DNA from: Candidatus Cloacimonadota bacterium
GTDB lineage: Bacteria; Cloacimonadota; Cloacimonadia; JGIOTU-2
Direction of reading: 5' to 3'
DNA length: 64,000 nucleotides
NCBI GenBank assembly: GCA_049903315.1
Contig: JBNGBT010000008.1
Location: 32,001-96,000 of the forward strand
In this document: piece by piece, positions 1-10,080 of the stretch
Layout: each line of letters opens with the position of its first letter
Position numbering within the stretch: the stretch's first letter is position 1
Translations under genes and position numbers: made by a program
Notes under the pieces: generated by a model
What the model saw: the letters and a program-made list of their open reading frames with translations, nothing else
What the model was told of the DNA's origin: nothing
The model's database searches: none

Positions 1-3000
1 ACCCGGATTCTGATTGGTAGAAACAAGAGTTTTGATTTTCTGACCAAGGATGTTATAGATAGTGAGTTCAACATGTGAAGATTCAGGAATATAATATCGA
101 ATTGATGTGGAATGATTGAACGGATTAGGCTGGTTTCGATACAGTTGCATCATATTATCTGGATGCTGAATTTGCTCTAGGGTAATATCAATAGGATCGC
201 CAATTTTTCCAAGAATGACATCATTTTGGAAGCTAATATTTTGACTTCCGATTAAATATTCACCGGTATCACTGTTGATTGCTTCAAAATGAAGTGTCTG
301 AGCTTCACCGCCTACAACCGTAAAGTACCAGCTATCGTTTTGATAAGATCCAATTGAATGGCATTTACCCTGTTCGTCAAAAACTCCGATTGATAGTGAT
401 GAAGGATTATCGATGCCGACAACATCAACGATTACGATCATATTCTTGTCAAATCCAGTAAGAACTTTCCAGGCGAGAGGATTTGATTCGTTAGAAGTTG
501 GCAAATCATTCTTTGTAACAGCTGCAATTGGATAGGTAAGTGTATCGGCAGCTCCCATGTTTATCTTGTAACTCACTCCCGGCTGCATAGCCAGAAGATC
601 TCCAGTCCAGATACCATTGACATATATTGCGGACTTTGACTGCGTTTTCACAGCAATAACACTACTGCCGAGACTCGCAAGCGCTTCATCAAGAGTCAGT
701 TCTGCATTTGGATAATACCCGACCCAGTTCCAGTTGTAAGCCAGAGTTGAGTCGTATTCCAACGGGAGATAGTGTGTTTCAGGATTTATCAGATATCCTG
801 TCACAGTAAAAGGATCAAGAGGATTCAACATATTAAGAAGATATCCGTCCCCATCAGTAATATCGGAGAGGGTACCCACCCAGATACCGGGAGGATCGGT
901 GTAAGTAGCAGATTCTGTCTGATCTTTTATCTGGAAACCATCGCTTCCAAGAGGGGCAAGAACCGCATCAATAGAAACATCTGCAGGATGAACATTAAAA
1001 GAAATCCAATTCCATTCAGCATTAAGAGAGAAATCTTGATCCACATCATTCTGTGCCACTACATCAAGCGGTACAATCGTGCAATCCTCAAAGATAATAG
1101 TCTCATAACAATCATATATACTGTCGGTAACAGTATCATACATCATGAAGCTGATAGTATCTGTTCCAGAGTTATTATTACTTACCATTGTAAGATACCA
1201 GTATCCGTCAAGATCATAATAGCCTTCCCAAAGAGGATGATTGCCTTCTTGCCAGGTAGCAATTCCACGGCAATCTGATGTTCCTCCAGATCCAAATGCG
1301 CCAACCTGATTGCTTCCGGTTTTTATTAGATATTCACCATCCAATGATGTCGTGGCATATGCAATCATTGTGTATTGCGTACCCGGGATCACTTCCCAGT
1401 TTAAAAGAGTTATATAAACAGTCGTGGTGTCATTTGCAATTACCTCTACATCATAGATCGTGACGGTCGTATAATCATCTAGAGATGCAGTAACATCATA
1501 TGTTCCATTTTCGAGAAGTATCTCATAATATCCTGTTGGATCGGGATTAACAGACGCAGTATCTGAGACAACTTGAACGTCTGTGACAACACCTGCACCA
1601 TCTTTAAGAGTAATAGTACCAGAAATCCACCCATCATATTTAATGAGAAGAAGGAAGAAATTTATATTGGTCGTCTGGTTTCCGGACACCACAACCACAT
1701 CAGTAATTGTTGAATCTTGATATCCGGCTTTCGTAGCCGCAACGTCATAGGTACCTTGAGGTAACTCTAGCAAGTATTCATAGTACATAACAAGTCCAGA
1801 ATAAGGGTCATAGACCGGATAAGGATGTGTGCTTTCGCCACCGGCACTTACTAATACTTCTGCCGGATCTCCCAATCCCTCAAGATCAACTTGTCCAACA
1901 ATTTCACCCGGCAAGATTTCATTCAATGTAATGTCTGTACCTGTAGTTACCTGACCAAGATTCACAATAACTCCTGTGACAGGATCCGCAGAGTAGCCCT
2001 CTAAGATTGCTGTTACTGTATATGTACCAGGTGCCAGATTGATAAGATATTCACCAGCCGCATCAGGATTAACAGTGATTCCACCTGCGCTTACGTCAAC
2101 GTTTTGTACATTTCCAGTTCCACCCTGAAGAGTAATTGTTCCGCTAATACCAGATTGGAGGTAAGGCAACGCACCCATATCAGCACGAGTGCCGTCAGGG
2201 TCAGGTGGAGAAGCGGGATCGCCAGTATTGATACAAGGAGATTTTGTTACATCCTGAACAGGAAAATTCGCCCACGTTATTTGGTAGTCATCATTTGCAG
2301 GATCTGCAAACAGAGGATCAATCGCAATACATCCAGTCCCAAAATATGTCTGTCCTGTTCCGTTCATAATGTCTGAATAAGTAGCCGATAGGCTACTGCC
2401 AGATTCAACACTGATTCCATTTGTTGCATTATTCCATATTATACAATTAAGAATGGTAACGTCAGAATTGTAGAGGACTGCGAGTGCAGACCCGCTCTGG
2501 AATGCAAGGTTGTTGCTGAAAGTTGTATTTTGAATAAAGGGAGCAGAATTGTTATAACAGGAAATTCCAGCACCATTCCACTGCGTTGTGTTGCTGTAGA
2601 TTTGAGACCATGAGAGCGTAGGGCTGGAGTTGAAGCAATTTATACCACCGCCATCATAAGTTGCAGTATTATTCGAGATGATCACTTCATTAAGCACAGG
2701 ATCGGAGTTGTAGAGATAAATACCTCCACCAGCACCACTTGCAGTATTGTCTGAAATAATTACGCCATCTATGACAACATCGGAACCTGATAGATAGATA
2801 CCACCGCCATTGCTGAGTGCCGAATTATCGAATAATATCGAGCTCTGAATGAGGACATCAGATGAGTTTAAGCAATAGACCGCGCCACCACGATAATCAG
2901 GGGACGTTCCCGTTGCTTTTCCGTCTTCTATTGTGCAAAAAACAACTTTTGAACTATCCTGCCCATTTGTGTTCGTGTCAATGAATCGCAATCCATGCCA

Positions 3001-3288
3001 ACCAGTTGCGGGTGTTTGGGCAGCGAAAGTAATCATGTTTCCGACTGAACCTTCTGCGAGCAGACGCCCATAAATAATGAACTTATAGTGTCCGGAAAAT
3101 CCAACAGCCACACCAGGATCGATCGTTAATTGATCACCGGATATGATCTGTATCTCTCCATCAATAATGTATGGACTTCCTGCTACATTCCATGTGCCGC
3201 TTACATTACCGGCAGGTATATGGGTTTGAGCTGCAAGAAATGAGACCAAAAGGAAGGTCATACTAACGAATAAAATTAATTTTTTCAT
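1..3288 (-). CDS. Large secreted protein (3' end runs off window): parallel beta-helix repeats, about 3 carboxypeptidase-regulatory-like Ig modules, C-terminal FlgD-Ig/T9SS-type sorting domain
   Basis: Absent from the ORF track because there is no stop in the window; I translated segments by hand. ATG at 3288 after GGAGG gives MKKLILFVSMTFLLVSFLAAQTHIPAGNVSGTWNVAGSPY (signal peptide). Internal GGGIY/NN repeats, KSPCINTGDPASPPDPDGTRADMGA and PGTYTVTA/QGTYDVAA/NGTYDVTA modules follow. The same frame ends ...NQPNPFNHSTSIRYYIPESSHVELTIYNILGQKIKTLV at the window edge. Confidence 0.85.
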   Translation of the reverse strand, partial: MKKLILFVSMTFLLVSFLAAQTHIPAGNVSGTWNVAGSPYIIDGEIQIISGDQLTIDPGVAVGFSGHYKFIIYGRLLAEGSVGNMITFAAQTPATGWHGLRFIDTNTNGQDSSKVVFCTIEDGKATGTSPDYRGGAVYCLNSSDVLIQSSILFDNSALSNGGGIYLSGSDVVIDGVIISDNTASGAGGGIYLYNSDPVLNEVIISNNTATYDGGGINCFNSSPTLSWSQIYSNTTQWNGAGISCYNNSAPFIQNTTFSNNLAFQSGSALAVLYNSDVTILNCIIWNNATNGISVESGSSLSATYSDIMNGTGQTYFGTGCIAIDPLFADPANDDYQITWANFPVQDVTKSPCINTGDPASPPDPDGTRADMGALPYLQSGISGTITLQGGTGNVQNVDVSAGGITVNPDAAGEYLINLAPGTYTVTAILEGYSADPVTGVIVNLGQVTTGTDITLNEILPGEIVGQVDLEGLGDPAEVLVSAGGESTHPYPVYDPYSGLVMYYEYLLELPQGTYDVAATKAGYQDSTITDVVVVSGNQTTNINFFLLLIKYDGWISGTITLKDGAGVVTDVQVVSDTASVNPDPTGYYEILLENGTYDVTASLDDYTTVTIYDVEVIANDTTTVYITLLNWEVIPGTQYTMIAYATTSLDGEYLIKTGSNQVGAFGSGGTSDCRGIATWQEGNHPLWEGYYDLDGYWYLTMVSNNNSGTDTISFMMYDTVTDSIYDCYETIIFEDCTIVPLDVVAQNDVDQDFSLNAEWNWISFNVHPADVSIDAVLAPLGSDGFQIKDQTESATYTDPPGIWVGTLSDITDGDGYLLNMLNPLDPFTVTGYLINPETHYLPLEYDSTLAYNWNWVGYYPNAELTLDEALASLGSSVIAVKTQSKSAIYVNGIWTGDLLAMQPGVSYKINMGAADTLTYPIAAVTKNDLPTSNESNPLAWKVLTGFDKNMIVIVDVVGIDNPSSLSIGVFDEQGKCHSIGSYQNDSWYFTVVGGEAQTLHFEAINSDTGEYLIGSQNISFQNDVILGKIGDPIDITLEQIQHPDNMMQLYRNQPNPFNHSTSIRYYIPESSHVELTIYNILGQKIKTLVSTNQNPG

Positions 3289-3318
3289 CGCATCCTCCAG
3301 GATATTTTTTATAAACAT

Positions 3319-5148
3319 TTAAGGGCTAATTTGTACGATCTTCATACCCTCATTATCGATAAGCAGTTCATAACTGCCAAAATGAGTTAGTGAAGAAGGT
3401 TCTGTGGTCATTACATAATAACCGAGAATAAATGGATCTATAATTGAAGAAATATCAATTGTGATCAAGCCAATTTCGGAATCAGAAACATATGCATAGG
3501 AGTTAGTTACGTGAACTCCATTAACAAATCCATCAGTTTCTACCTCTGCTGTGTATGCAGGAGATGAAGGATTTGAGACATCAAGAATCAAGAGACCATC
3601 CTCGCTGTTTGCAATAAAAGCGTAGTTATTTTGAACAAAAATATCTTTCGCACCCGAAGTTGTATACGTGGAACTCAGGGTAGGATTATAGGGATCTGAG
3701 ATATCAAAAATTGCTATTCCATCTAAGCCCTGTGCAACATACGCGTGAGTTCCATCAACATAAATACTTTGAGCGTGACCGCCTGTTGTAATATTTGTCA
3801 CGGAATCAGGTGTTGAATTTGAAATGAAGAAAACGGTCAAACCATTGTCACCATCAGCTATGTACGCAAAATCTCCGACTACTTCAATATCGTATGGGAT
3901 GCCGGAAGTAGAGCTGCTTCCTGATAATTGAGGATTCAATGGGTTTGTGATATCAACCGTTGATATGATACCCGGAGCAGTACTGCCGCTATGACTTGTT
4001 ACATATAAAAAATTGTCCTCTACGTCAGAAGAAAGAACGCGGTCCTCAAAATCAAACATCGTATGCACAATATCAGGATTTTCAGGATTCCCAAAATATA
4101 TAATCTGCAAGCCTTCATAATTGTCCGGAACATAGGCATACCAGCCGGACGTGATAATATCCTGAGCAATACCTGGGGTGTTTACAAAACCGATGAGATC
4201 AAGAAGGACATTGGTCTGAGCTTCTTCGCTGTTTGCAGAAGTATAAATGCCGGAATATGCATTCACACGATAAGAGAATGTGCCGCATGGTTCTGTGATG
4301 TTGTCAATAAAGGAAATTGTGTTGCTATCGACCGTTGCATAATTGGTCACCCAATCTGTACCGCCGATCTTTTTATCAATATTAAAACCGACCTCTCCTT
4401 CACTGTTATCCTGCCATGTGAGTTTTATCTTGTTTTGATCGAGTTTCTGCAATGCAAGATTCGATGGGGCTAAAAGCGTAGGCACGATAGAATTTTCGAT
4501 TGATGAAGATGTCGTTGTGCCGACAAATGCTGAAACACGATAGAAGACCTCCTCAAAAAGATTAACGTCATCTATAAAAGAAGTAGCGCTCGCATTGAGA
4601 GTTCTGTATTTGCTTGTCCAGTTGCCTGTGCCTATTTTTTTATCAATATAAAAACCCTCATCACCAATACAATGGTCTTTCCAGCTTACTTCAACACGCG
4701 ATTGCGTTTTCTGTTCGATGATGAGATCGGTAGGATCACAATAGGTGGACATGTAAGCAACGACTTTTGAATAGGGAGAGGATTCATCAGTTGATTTATT
4801 GAGAAATTTTATCTTATATGCGTACACAAGACTGTCGTTTGTGGGAATGTTATCAAGATAAGTGAAAAATTGAGTTGAAATATTTTGATAACTATCGTTC
4901 CAGCTTCCTGTACCGACTCTTTTACCGATCACAAAATAGAGCGTATCAGAATCTGCATGATCAGGAATTTGATATGTCCAAGTAATTTCGACTCTACCCT
5001 CATCTGTTTTTTTGATCTTGAGGTTTGAAGGTGCATCAGAGAGATCGGGATCGGTCAAAGTGAGGTCACAGCTTGCAAGGAATAAGAAAATACCCGCAAA
5101 GAGAAGCAGCACGAGCAGGAGGGCGGATTTATTTGTTCTTTTTATCAT
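3319..5148 (-). CDS. Lipoprotein with fibronectin type III-like repeats and C-terminal LVIVD repeats
   Basis: Lipobox FLASC. Repeated 'APSNL...LTWQDNSEGEVGFNIDKK' FN3 units. 'YAYIADGDNGL.I.DIS.P' LVIVD repeats. Start uncertain (5148-5184). Confidence 0.8.
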   Translation of the reverse strand: MIKRTNKSALLLVLLLFAGIFLFLASCDLTLTDPDLSDAPSNLKIKKTDEGRVEITWTYQIPDHADSDTLYFVIGKRVGTGSWNDSYQNISTQFFTYLDNIPTNDSLVYAYKIKFLNKSTDESSPYSKVVAYMSTYCDPTDLIIEQKTQSRVEVSWKDHCIGDEGFYIDKKIGTGNWTSKYRTLNASATSFIDDVNLFEEVFYRVSAFVGTTTSSSIENSIVPTLLAPSNLALQKLDQNKIKLTWQDNSEGEVGFNIDKKIGGTDWVTNYATVDSNTISFIDNITEPCGTFSYRVNAYSGIYTSANSEEAQTNVLLDLIGFVNTPGIAQDIITSGWYAYVPDNYEGLQIIYFGNPENPDIVHTMFDFEDRVLSSDVEDNFLYVTSHSGSTAPGIISTVDITNPLNPQLSGSSSTSGIPYDIEVVGDFAYIADGDNGLTVFFISNSTPDSVTNITTGGHAQSIYVDGTHAYVAQGLDGIAIFDISDPYNPTLSSTYTTSGAKDIFVQNNYAFIANSEDGLLILDVSNPSSPAYTAEVETDGFVNGVHVTNSYAYVSDSEIGLITIDISSIIDPFILGYYVMTTEPSSLTHFGSYELLIDNEGMKIVQISP

Positions 5149-6325
5149 CATTATCCTCATCATTATTAAAAAGGTTTGACGCATCTTGGTTCTTTATACG
5201 ATGTTCCTCGATCTGTTGCTGCGTGGATAAGGCTTCTTTCTTACGGTCGTTGATAGGTTTAGAGATTTCCGCTTTAATAATAACAATCATTTCTCGCACA
5301 TTCGTCTCATACCTGTTTGATCCAGTAAGATAACGTATGCCAAGCACCCACCAGGGAAGATCTTTCAAGATTGGGATGCCAACCCGCGTCACAGTTTCGT
5401 CTGTATCGTATAAGCCACCGATAACTGTTTCCTCTCCATCATAGAGCAAAACTTCTGTCGAAGATTCGCTTTTATTAATGATGGTGCTGAGTTCACCTGG
5501 AGTTGCCGAGCTTTTTTGTACGCTTGCAACAAGATGAATAGCTTCGATATTTTCGTCCTCAACAACTGTCGGGGTCACAGTCATGATCACACCCGTCTGG
5601 AAAAACTCGTCAGTAACATTGCCGGCATCATCTTTCTTTTTCACAGAGAAATCTTGTCCGACCTGTATTTCACCTGTTTTACCGGAGATAACTATTACAG
5701 AAGGGCGTGCGATAATAGTGCCCTTCTGGTGTGATTCAAGAATAGTGAAAAGGGTATTAATATCGATGGAGACATCTCCGGACTCAAGCTTTGTCGCAGC
5801 AGATGCATTAAAGATATCCTGTCCGACACCAGCTCCCTTGAAATTTATCGATGCAACAACTTTTCCGTTGAAAAGGGTTGACCAGTCGATCCCGATACTG
5901 TTAAGAACAGATTTATCCGCTTTGAAAAATATGGAAGATATCTTAACCTGCTTTGTGTCGGGTGTGATATCTGCCTCCTCTCCCAATTCTTCTTGGAGTT
6001 CTTCAGCGGCATCTTTGATCACATAGGATCCGGGAAGGTCTTCAAGCACAAGATCATTAAAATTAATGATAAGAAAGAGAGCATTTTTCCAATATACTTC
6101 TTTAACGGGTACACCGATCGTTCCGGTAAATGAGCTCATATTAATGATCTTTTTTCCTTCAAATTGGATAGACATTACTTCGAGCGCACGAACCGCTTCC
6201 GGGAAAGGTGTGTCACGGGTCATTGAGACCAGTTCCTTATATGAAAATTCGTCATAGACCCATTGGGCGAATAAGGAAACTGTGGTGAATGAAAAAATTA
6301 AAAGTAATAGAATTATTTTTTTCAT
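5129..6325 (-). CDS. pilQ: Secretin (PilQ/GspD family), short form without AMIN domains
   Basis: Signal peptide and secretin motifs (IIARPSVIVISGKTGEIQVGQ, DGEETVIGGL, GIPILKDLP). Located in pilus cluster. Confidence 0.85.
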   Translation of the reverse strand: MKKIILLLLIFSFTTVSLFAQWVYDEFSYKELVSMTRDTPFPEAVRALEVMSIQFEGKKIINMSSFTGTIGVPVKEVYWKNALFLIINFNDLVLEDLPGSYVIKDAAEELQEELGEEADITPDTKQVKISSIFFKADKSVLNSIGIDWSTLFNGKVVASINFKGAGVGQDIFNASAATKLESGDVSIDINTLFTILESHQKGTIIARPSVIVISGKTGEIQVGQDFSVKKKDDAGNVTDEFFQTGVIMTVTPTVVEDENIEAIHLVASVQKSSATPGELSTIINKSESSTEVLLYDGEETVIGGLYDTDETVTRVGIPILKDLPWWVLGIRYLTGSNRYETNVREMIVIIKAEISKPINDRKKEALSTQQQIEEHRIKNQDASNLFNNDEDNDDKKNK

Positions 6326-7197
6326 AATTCATTTCCCTGTAAATACATTTTAACTTCTTGGTTAATACCAATTCGATTAATATTAAATACAGCGCATTGC
6401 TGTTTCCAGTTTATATAGTTGAGATAACCGTATGCAACCCGTGAGCCGGGCACAAGAGTCACAATTTGTCCGTTCATATCCCTGAGGAAGACCTTATCCG
6501 GAGTAAGACCTATGATAACAGAAGCATTTATATTGATGTATTTTTCTTCTTCAGTTCTGTCGAACGGTGCATGGATTTGTGAATAGAAAGGATTATATGT
6601 AAGATTTGAATAACTAAAACTCCGGAATGGTATCTCAGAGATTTGAGTACCGGTTTTCTTGTCATAATACACATTCAGCTTAAGAGAGAAATCAACGGTA
6701 TCTTTGAGGGCAGCTGAGGTTTCTGAAATTCGTATAGTTTCGATTACATAGAGAGGGGCTTGATATTCAACCTGATAGAGAAAGAAATGAAGTAATTCAA
6801 TATTTCCCGCCCCGTTCAAGGTATACGAATTAAAAGGAAGGTCTCCTTTTTTGCCACCCTGAGCGACCTTGAAATCAAAATTAAGACCCGGAGTAAAAGT
6901 CTCAGTGATATCAATAAGGTATTGGTATGTTTGACTGGGATTGTCTGTTTTCAGTATTATTTTATTATTTTCCAGAGCTTTTTTCTTCATTTCTTCAAGA
7001 GAGGCGATTATTTCATCTGTTTTATCAAGATCGGGATTGGTCTTTTTGAGCTGATTGAGTGTTTGTTGGTTTTCCTGAAAAACCCTTTCGCTCTTGTCAA
7101 GCCGCTTTACGGATTGAGAATTTGAGAGCATACCCACGAAGAAAACGAGGATGAGTAGTACACCAAGGATGATAGAGTTTCTTATTGCATAGGGCAT
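6322..7197 (-). CDS. PilO-like alignment protein with C-terminal PilP-like beta domain
   Basis: N-terminal TM, coiled coil and ferredoxin-like core (FLYQVEYQAPLYVIETIRI). Then an 'NPF' motif and a beta domain (VFLRDMNGQIVTLVPGSRVAYGYL). Lies between pilN-like gene and secretin. Confidence 0.65.
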   Translation of the reverse strand: MPYAIRNSIILGVLLILVFFVGMLSNSQSVKRLDKSERVFQENQQTLNQLKKTNPDLDKTDEIIASLEEMKKKALENNKIILKTDNPSQTYQYLIDITETFTPGLNFDFKVAQGGKKGDLPFNSYTLNGAGNIELLHFFLYQVEYQAPLYVIETIRISETSAALKDTVDFSLKLNVYYDKKTGTQISEIPFRSFSYSNLTYNPFYSQIHAPFDRTEEEKYININASVIIGLTPDKVFLRDMNGQIVTLVPGSRVAYGYLNYINWKQQCAVFNINRIGINQEVKMYLQGNEL

Positions 7198-7201
7198 TGC
7201 A

Positions 7202-10066
7202 TCAATCCTTTACTTCTATTGCTTTGAGCTGAGCAATATCAGCGAGACGATTGTGGGGATAACGGGATATCAGCTCGTTCCAGTAATAAAGAGCTTTGTC
7301 CTTATCATCGAGCCGATAATATGAATTGCCAAGCATCATCAGGGCATCAGGCGATTTAACAGAATTGTTTTCAACAACAGCGCTGAAAATTGTAATTGCT
7401 TCCGGAATATTGCCCATTTGGTACTGAGCTTCTCCGGTAAAATATTCGGCATGTGATGCGAGTTCACTGTCTGGATATTTCCTTAGAAATGAACAAAAAT
7501 CATCATATGCGCCCCGAAGATCATTCGCAAAATATTTATCTAGAATGGCGGAGTACGTATTTTGAATTTCTTCCTGATTGTTCACCTTTGGCTCTTCTAC
7601 AGTTTTATCAACCGATTCATGTGCGACATCAACCTTCGTGATCCAAAAATCATGATAGGCATTCTGCTGCATGCTGATCTTCTGTCCAAGGTCAAGTGCT
7701 TCATTTCCGGAAAGTAGATTATCAATCCGAAGTCTGTAAATAACACCCTGACTGGTAGATACTGGAATAATTTTAGTATCAAATCCAGCTAATTTGAGTT
7801 TTTTCTGTTCGTCAAGAACAGTAGCATAGTTGCCATCAGCATACAATTGAAGCTCATATTGTGTCTCAAGCTGATTTTCCTGAACTTGGATTTTCTTTGT
7901 TTGTTCAAGTTGAGATTCAGTTTGAGAATATTGGTTCATTTTTTCATTTGCAATTGACGCCAAACGATTATTGGGATATTCATGAATTATCCGATTCCAA
8001 TAAAATTTTGCCTGCTCAACATTGTTGTTTTTTGCATAGGCATTTCCGAGCATCATAAGAGCATCCGGAGTTTTAATACCATTCTGAGTAACAACTTTAT
8101 CAAAAACGAGAATTGCCTGATCGATATCATCCATTTGATACAAACACTCACCCAAAAGATAGCTTGCACTGTGAGAATACTTGCTCTCCGGGAAGTCAGA
8201 AAGGAATTCCTTGAATTGGTCATATGCTTTCTGGAAATTTCCGGAAAAATAGAGCTCAATTATCTGATTATACCGGGTTTTATCATTATTTGAAAAAGTC
8301 TGAGGTTTCTTCACAGGCTCTTCTTGATTCTCTTCAGCTGGAGTGAAATTTTCTATTTGAACCTGGGGCGATTTAAGGTGCTCTTTATTTTTTATGAATT
8401 CAATACCTGGGCCACCTTCCTTTTTTTGCTTTGCTATTTCAATGGGATCAGGATATCCAAAAGTGATATCGTATTGCCAAATCTGTACATTTTGTATAGT
8501 GTTTTCAGTAACCTTCTCAACATTGCCATTTGGGAAAAGATTCGAAAACGGGATCACATTCCTTTTTCGTGTAGTAAAACCACTCACCTTGAACGTTTTA
8601 TCCTGGCTATTCAGAGAGGTGAGCCAGCTAATCTTGTGGTCTTTAAATGAATTTGAAATAACATTTAATATATAGTACCACTGATTTTTATTACCAATTA
8701 GTTTATCAACTTTTTTTAGATTTTCCTGAAGGACTTCGATATCACCCTTAACTTGTTGAAGTTTGATAACGATGGCGCGGTTCTTCCTCAATTCAAGTTC
8801 GACCTGACTATTTTCTCGGTTAATCTCGATAATTTCTTTTCCAACATTAAGATTTTTAAAAGTTGCAGAGAAGGCAACATAGAAGATAGCAGTAAGTACA
8901 ATAAAACCGTGCCAGGCAATTTTAAAGGGTTTTTGGTTTTCAATTATTTTGGACGGAAGAAGATTACAGGGATAGAAATTTCTGTTTCGTCCCTCAAGAG
9001 ATTTCCAGGCGAGGGCAATCGGAATACAGTAATCTGCAATGCGCTCTGGCGGAAAAGTTTCTTCTTTTGCCTGAGGAATGTGCAACTTTTCAAGGGAGAT
9101 GCGAGAAATTTGAGCACCGGAATTGATCCTGTTGCGGAAAAATTCAACATCGTCATCTTTTGCCATTTCACCAGTCAGAATGATATTGCTTGTGATATTT
9201 ACATTTGAAGTATCTTGCTCAAGAATTATCTTTGAGTAGATCACTTGTCTCATGTGCTCGAGGTCGGACTCAGGGACGATAAGAGGGAAGTTCTTTACGA
9301 AATCGTTCCCCTTCATTACAATACCGAATTTGGTGTCGATGCCGATATAGATCAACAATACATATTCATCAGCCGAAAAATCGTAATTATTGCGAACAAG
9401 ATTCATGAGAGAAACTTCAATTGGTTCGATAAAGCTGTAGAAGAATCTCTTCTTGGAAATGAGCGGATTTATATCCTGTAAGGCATGAAGTATATCATTA
9501 CTGCCTGTTTCTGTAAAGGAGAGAATAGAGTTATCTTTATTTTTTATAAAATCAAAGGTATTATCTTTATTTTTCTGCTCTTCTTTTGAGAGGAGCTCGT
9601 CCTTTAGTTTCTTTTTGATTTTGGACCGGGAATGCGACTGGGAAAAGGTTTCATCAAACTGAGTAAATGAGATGTCTTCTTCAAGAGCATTCATTGATAT
9701 TCTGCATGTATCAAGAGGAAATTGTGAGATAAGTTTTTGAAATTCCTGCTTACCCGTCATTATGGGTTCTGCTTCTTCGGCAGATCCATAATCAGCTTCT
9801 TCTAGCTCTGCAAGGTCAGGGATCTTAAAATCCTCAGAAAAGTCTGCGAGATCTGGAATTGGTTCTTCATCTTCAGATTCGATATGTAATTCAGTTTCGG
9901 GTTCATCATGTTTTTCCTCATGGGGGTATAGAGGAAAAGAAAGAGTCGTTTCTGTAAGCTCTGTGAGACTTATCTTCCCATTAATAACCGATAGCTGGGC
10001 GGCTTTAATGGTCAAGCCATCCTGGTAAATACCAAGTGCAGTTTTTCCGTTTTTAATTAATTTCAT
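7202..10066 (-). CDS. PilM-PilN fusion with CpoB/YbgF-like TPR, SPOR-like and second TPR domains
   Basis: Actin-like start (TALGIYQDGLTIKAAQLS). PilN 'NLLP' motif, TM, coiled coil and WLTSL..FKVSGF. Two TPR blocks with 'F...FP.S..A.Y..GE...K.PDALMMLG' flank a SPOR-like segment (YELQL..KLKLAGFDTKI..IYRLRI). Confidence 0.75.
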   Translation of the reverse strand: MKLIKNGKTALGIYQDGLTIKAAQLSVINGKISLTELTETTLSFPLYPHEEKHDEPETELHIESEDEEPIPDLADFSEDFKIPDLAELEEADYGSAEEAEPIMTGKQEFQKLISQFPLDTCRISMNALEEDISFTQFDETFSQSHSRSKIKKKLKDELLSKEEQKNKDNTFDFIKNKDNSILSFTETGSNDILHALQDINPLISKKRFFYSFIEPIEVSLMNLVRNNYDFSADEYVLLIYIGIDTKFGIVMKGNDFVKNFPLIVPESDLEHMRQVIYSKIILEQDTSNVNITSNIILTGEMAKDDDVEFFRNRINSGAQISRISLEKLHIPQAKEETFPPERIADYCIPIALAWKSLEGRNRNFYPCNLLPSKIIENQKPFKIAWHGFIVLTAIFYVAFSATFKNLNVGKEIIEINRENSQVELELRKNRAIVIKLQQVKGDIEVLQENLKKVDKLIGNKNQWYYILNVISNSFKDHKISWLTSLNSQDKTFKVSGFTTRKRNVIPFSNLFPNGNVEKVTENTIQNVQIWQYDITFGYPDPIEIAKQKKEGGPGIEFIKNKEHLKSPQVQIENFTPAEENQEEPVKKPQTFSNNDKTRYNQIIELYFSGNFQKAYDQFKEFLSDFPESKYSHSASYLLGECLYQMDDIDQAILVFDKVVTQNGIKTPDALMMLGNAYAKNNNVEQAKFYWNRIIHEYPNNRLASIANEKMNQYSQTESQLEQTKKIQVQENQLETQYELQLYADGNYATVLDEQKKLKLAGFDTKIIPVSTSQGVIYRLRIDNLLSGNEALDLGQKISMQQNAYHDFWITKVDVAHESVDKTVEEPKVNNQEEIQNTYSAILDKYFANDLRGAYDDFCSFLRKYPDSELASHAEYFTGEAQYQMGNIPEAITIFSAVVENNSVKSPDALMMLGNSYYRLDDKDKALYYWNELISRYPHNRLADIAQLKAIEVKD

Positions 10067-10080
10067 TATTTATTGAGCAA

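Noticed and set aside
772..2376. Plus-strand ORFs 772-1278, 1278-1463, 2104-2376
   Set aside because: Antisense shadows of the long minus-strand CDS 1-3288.
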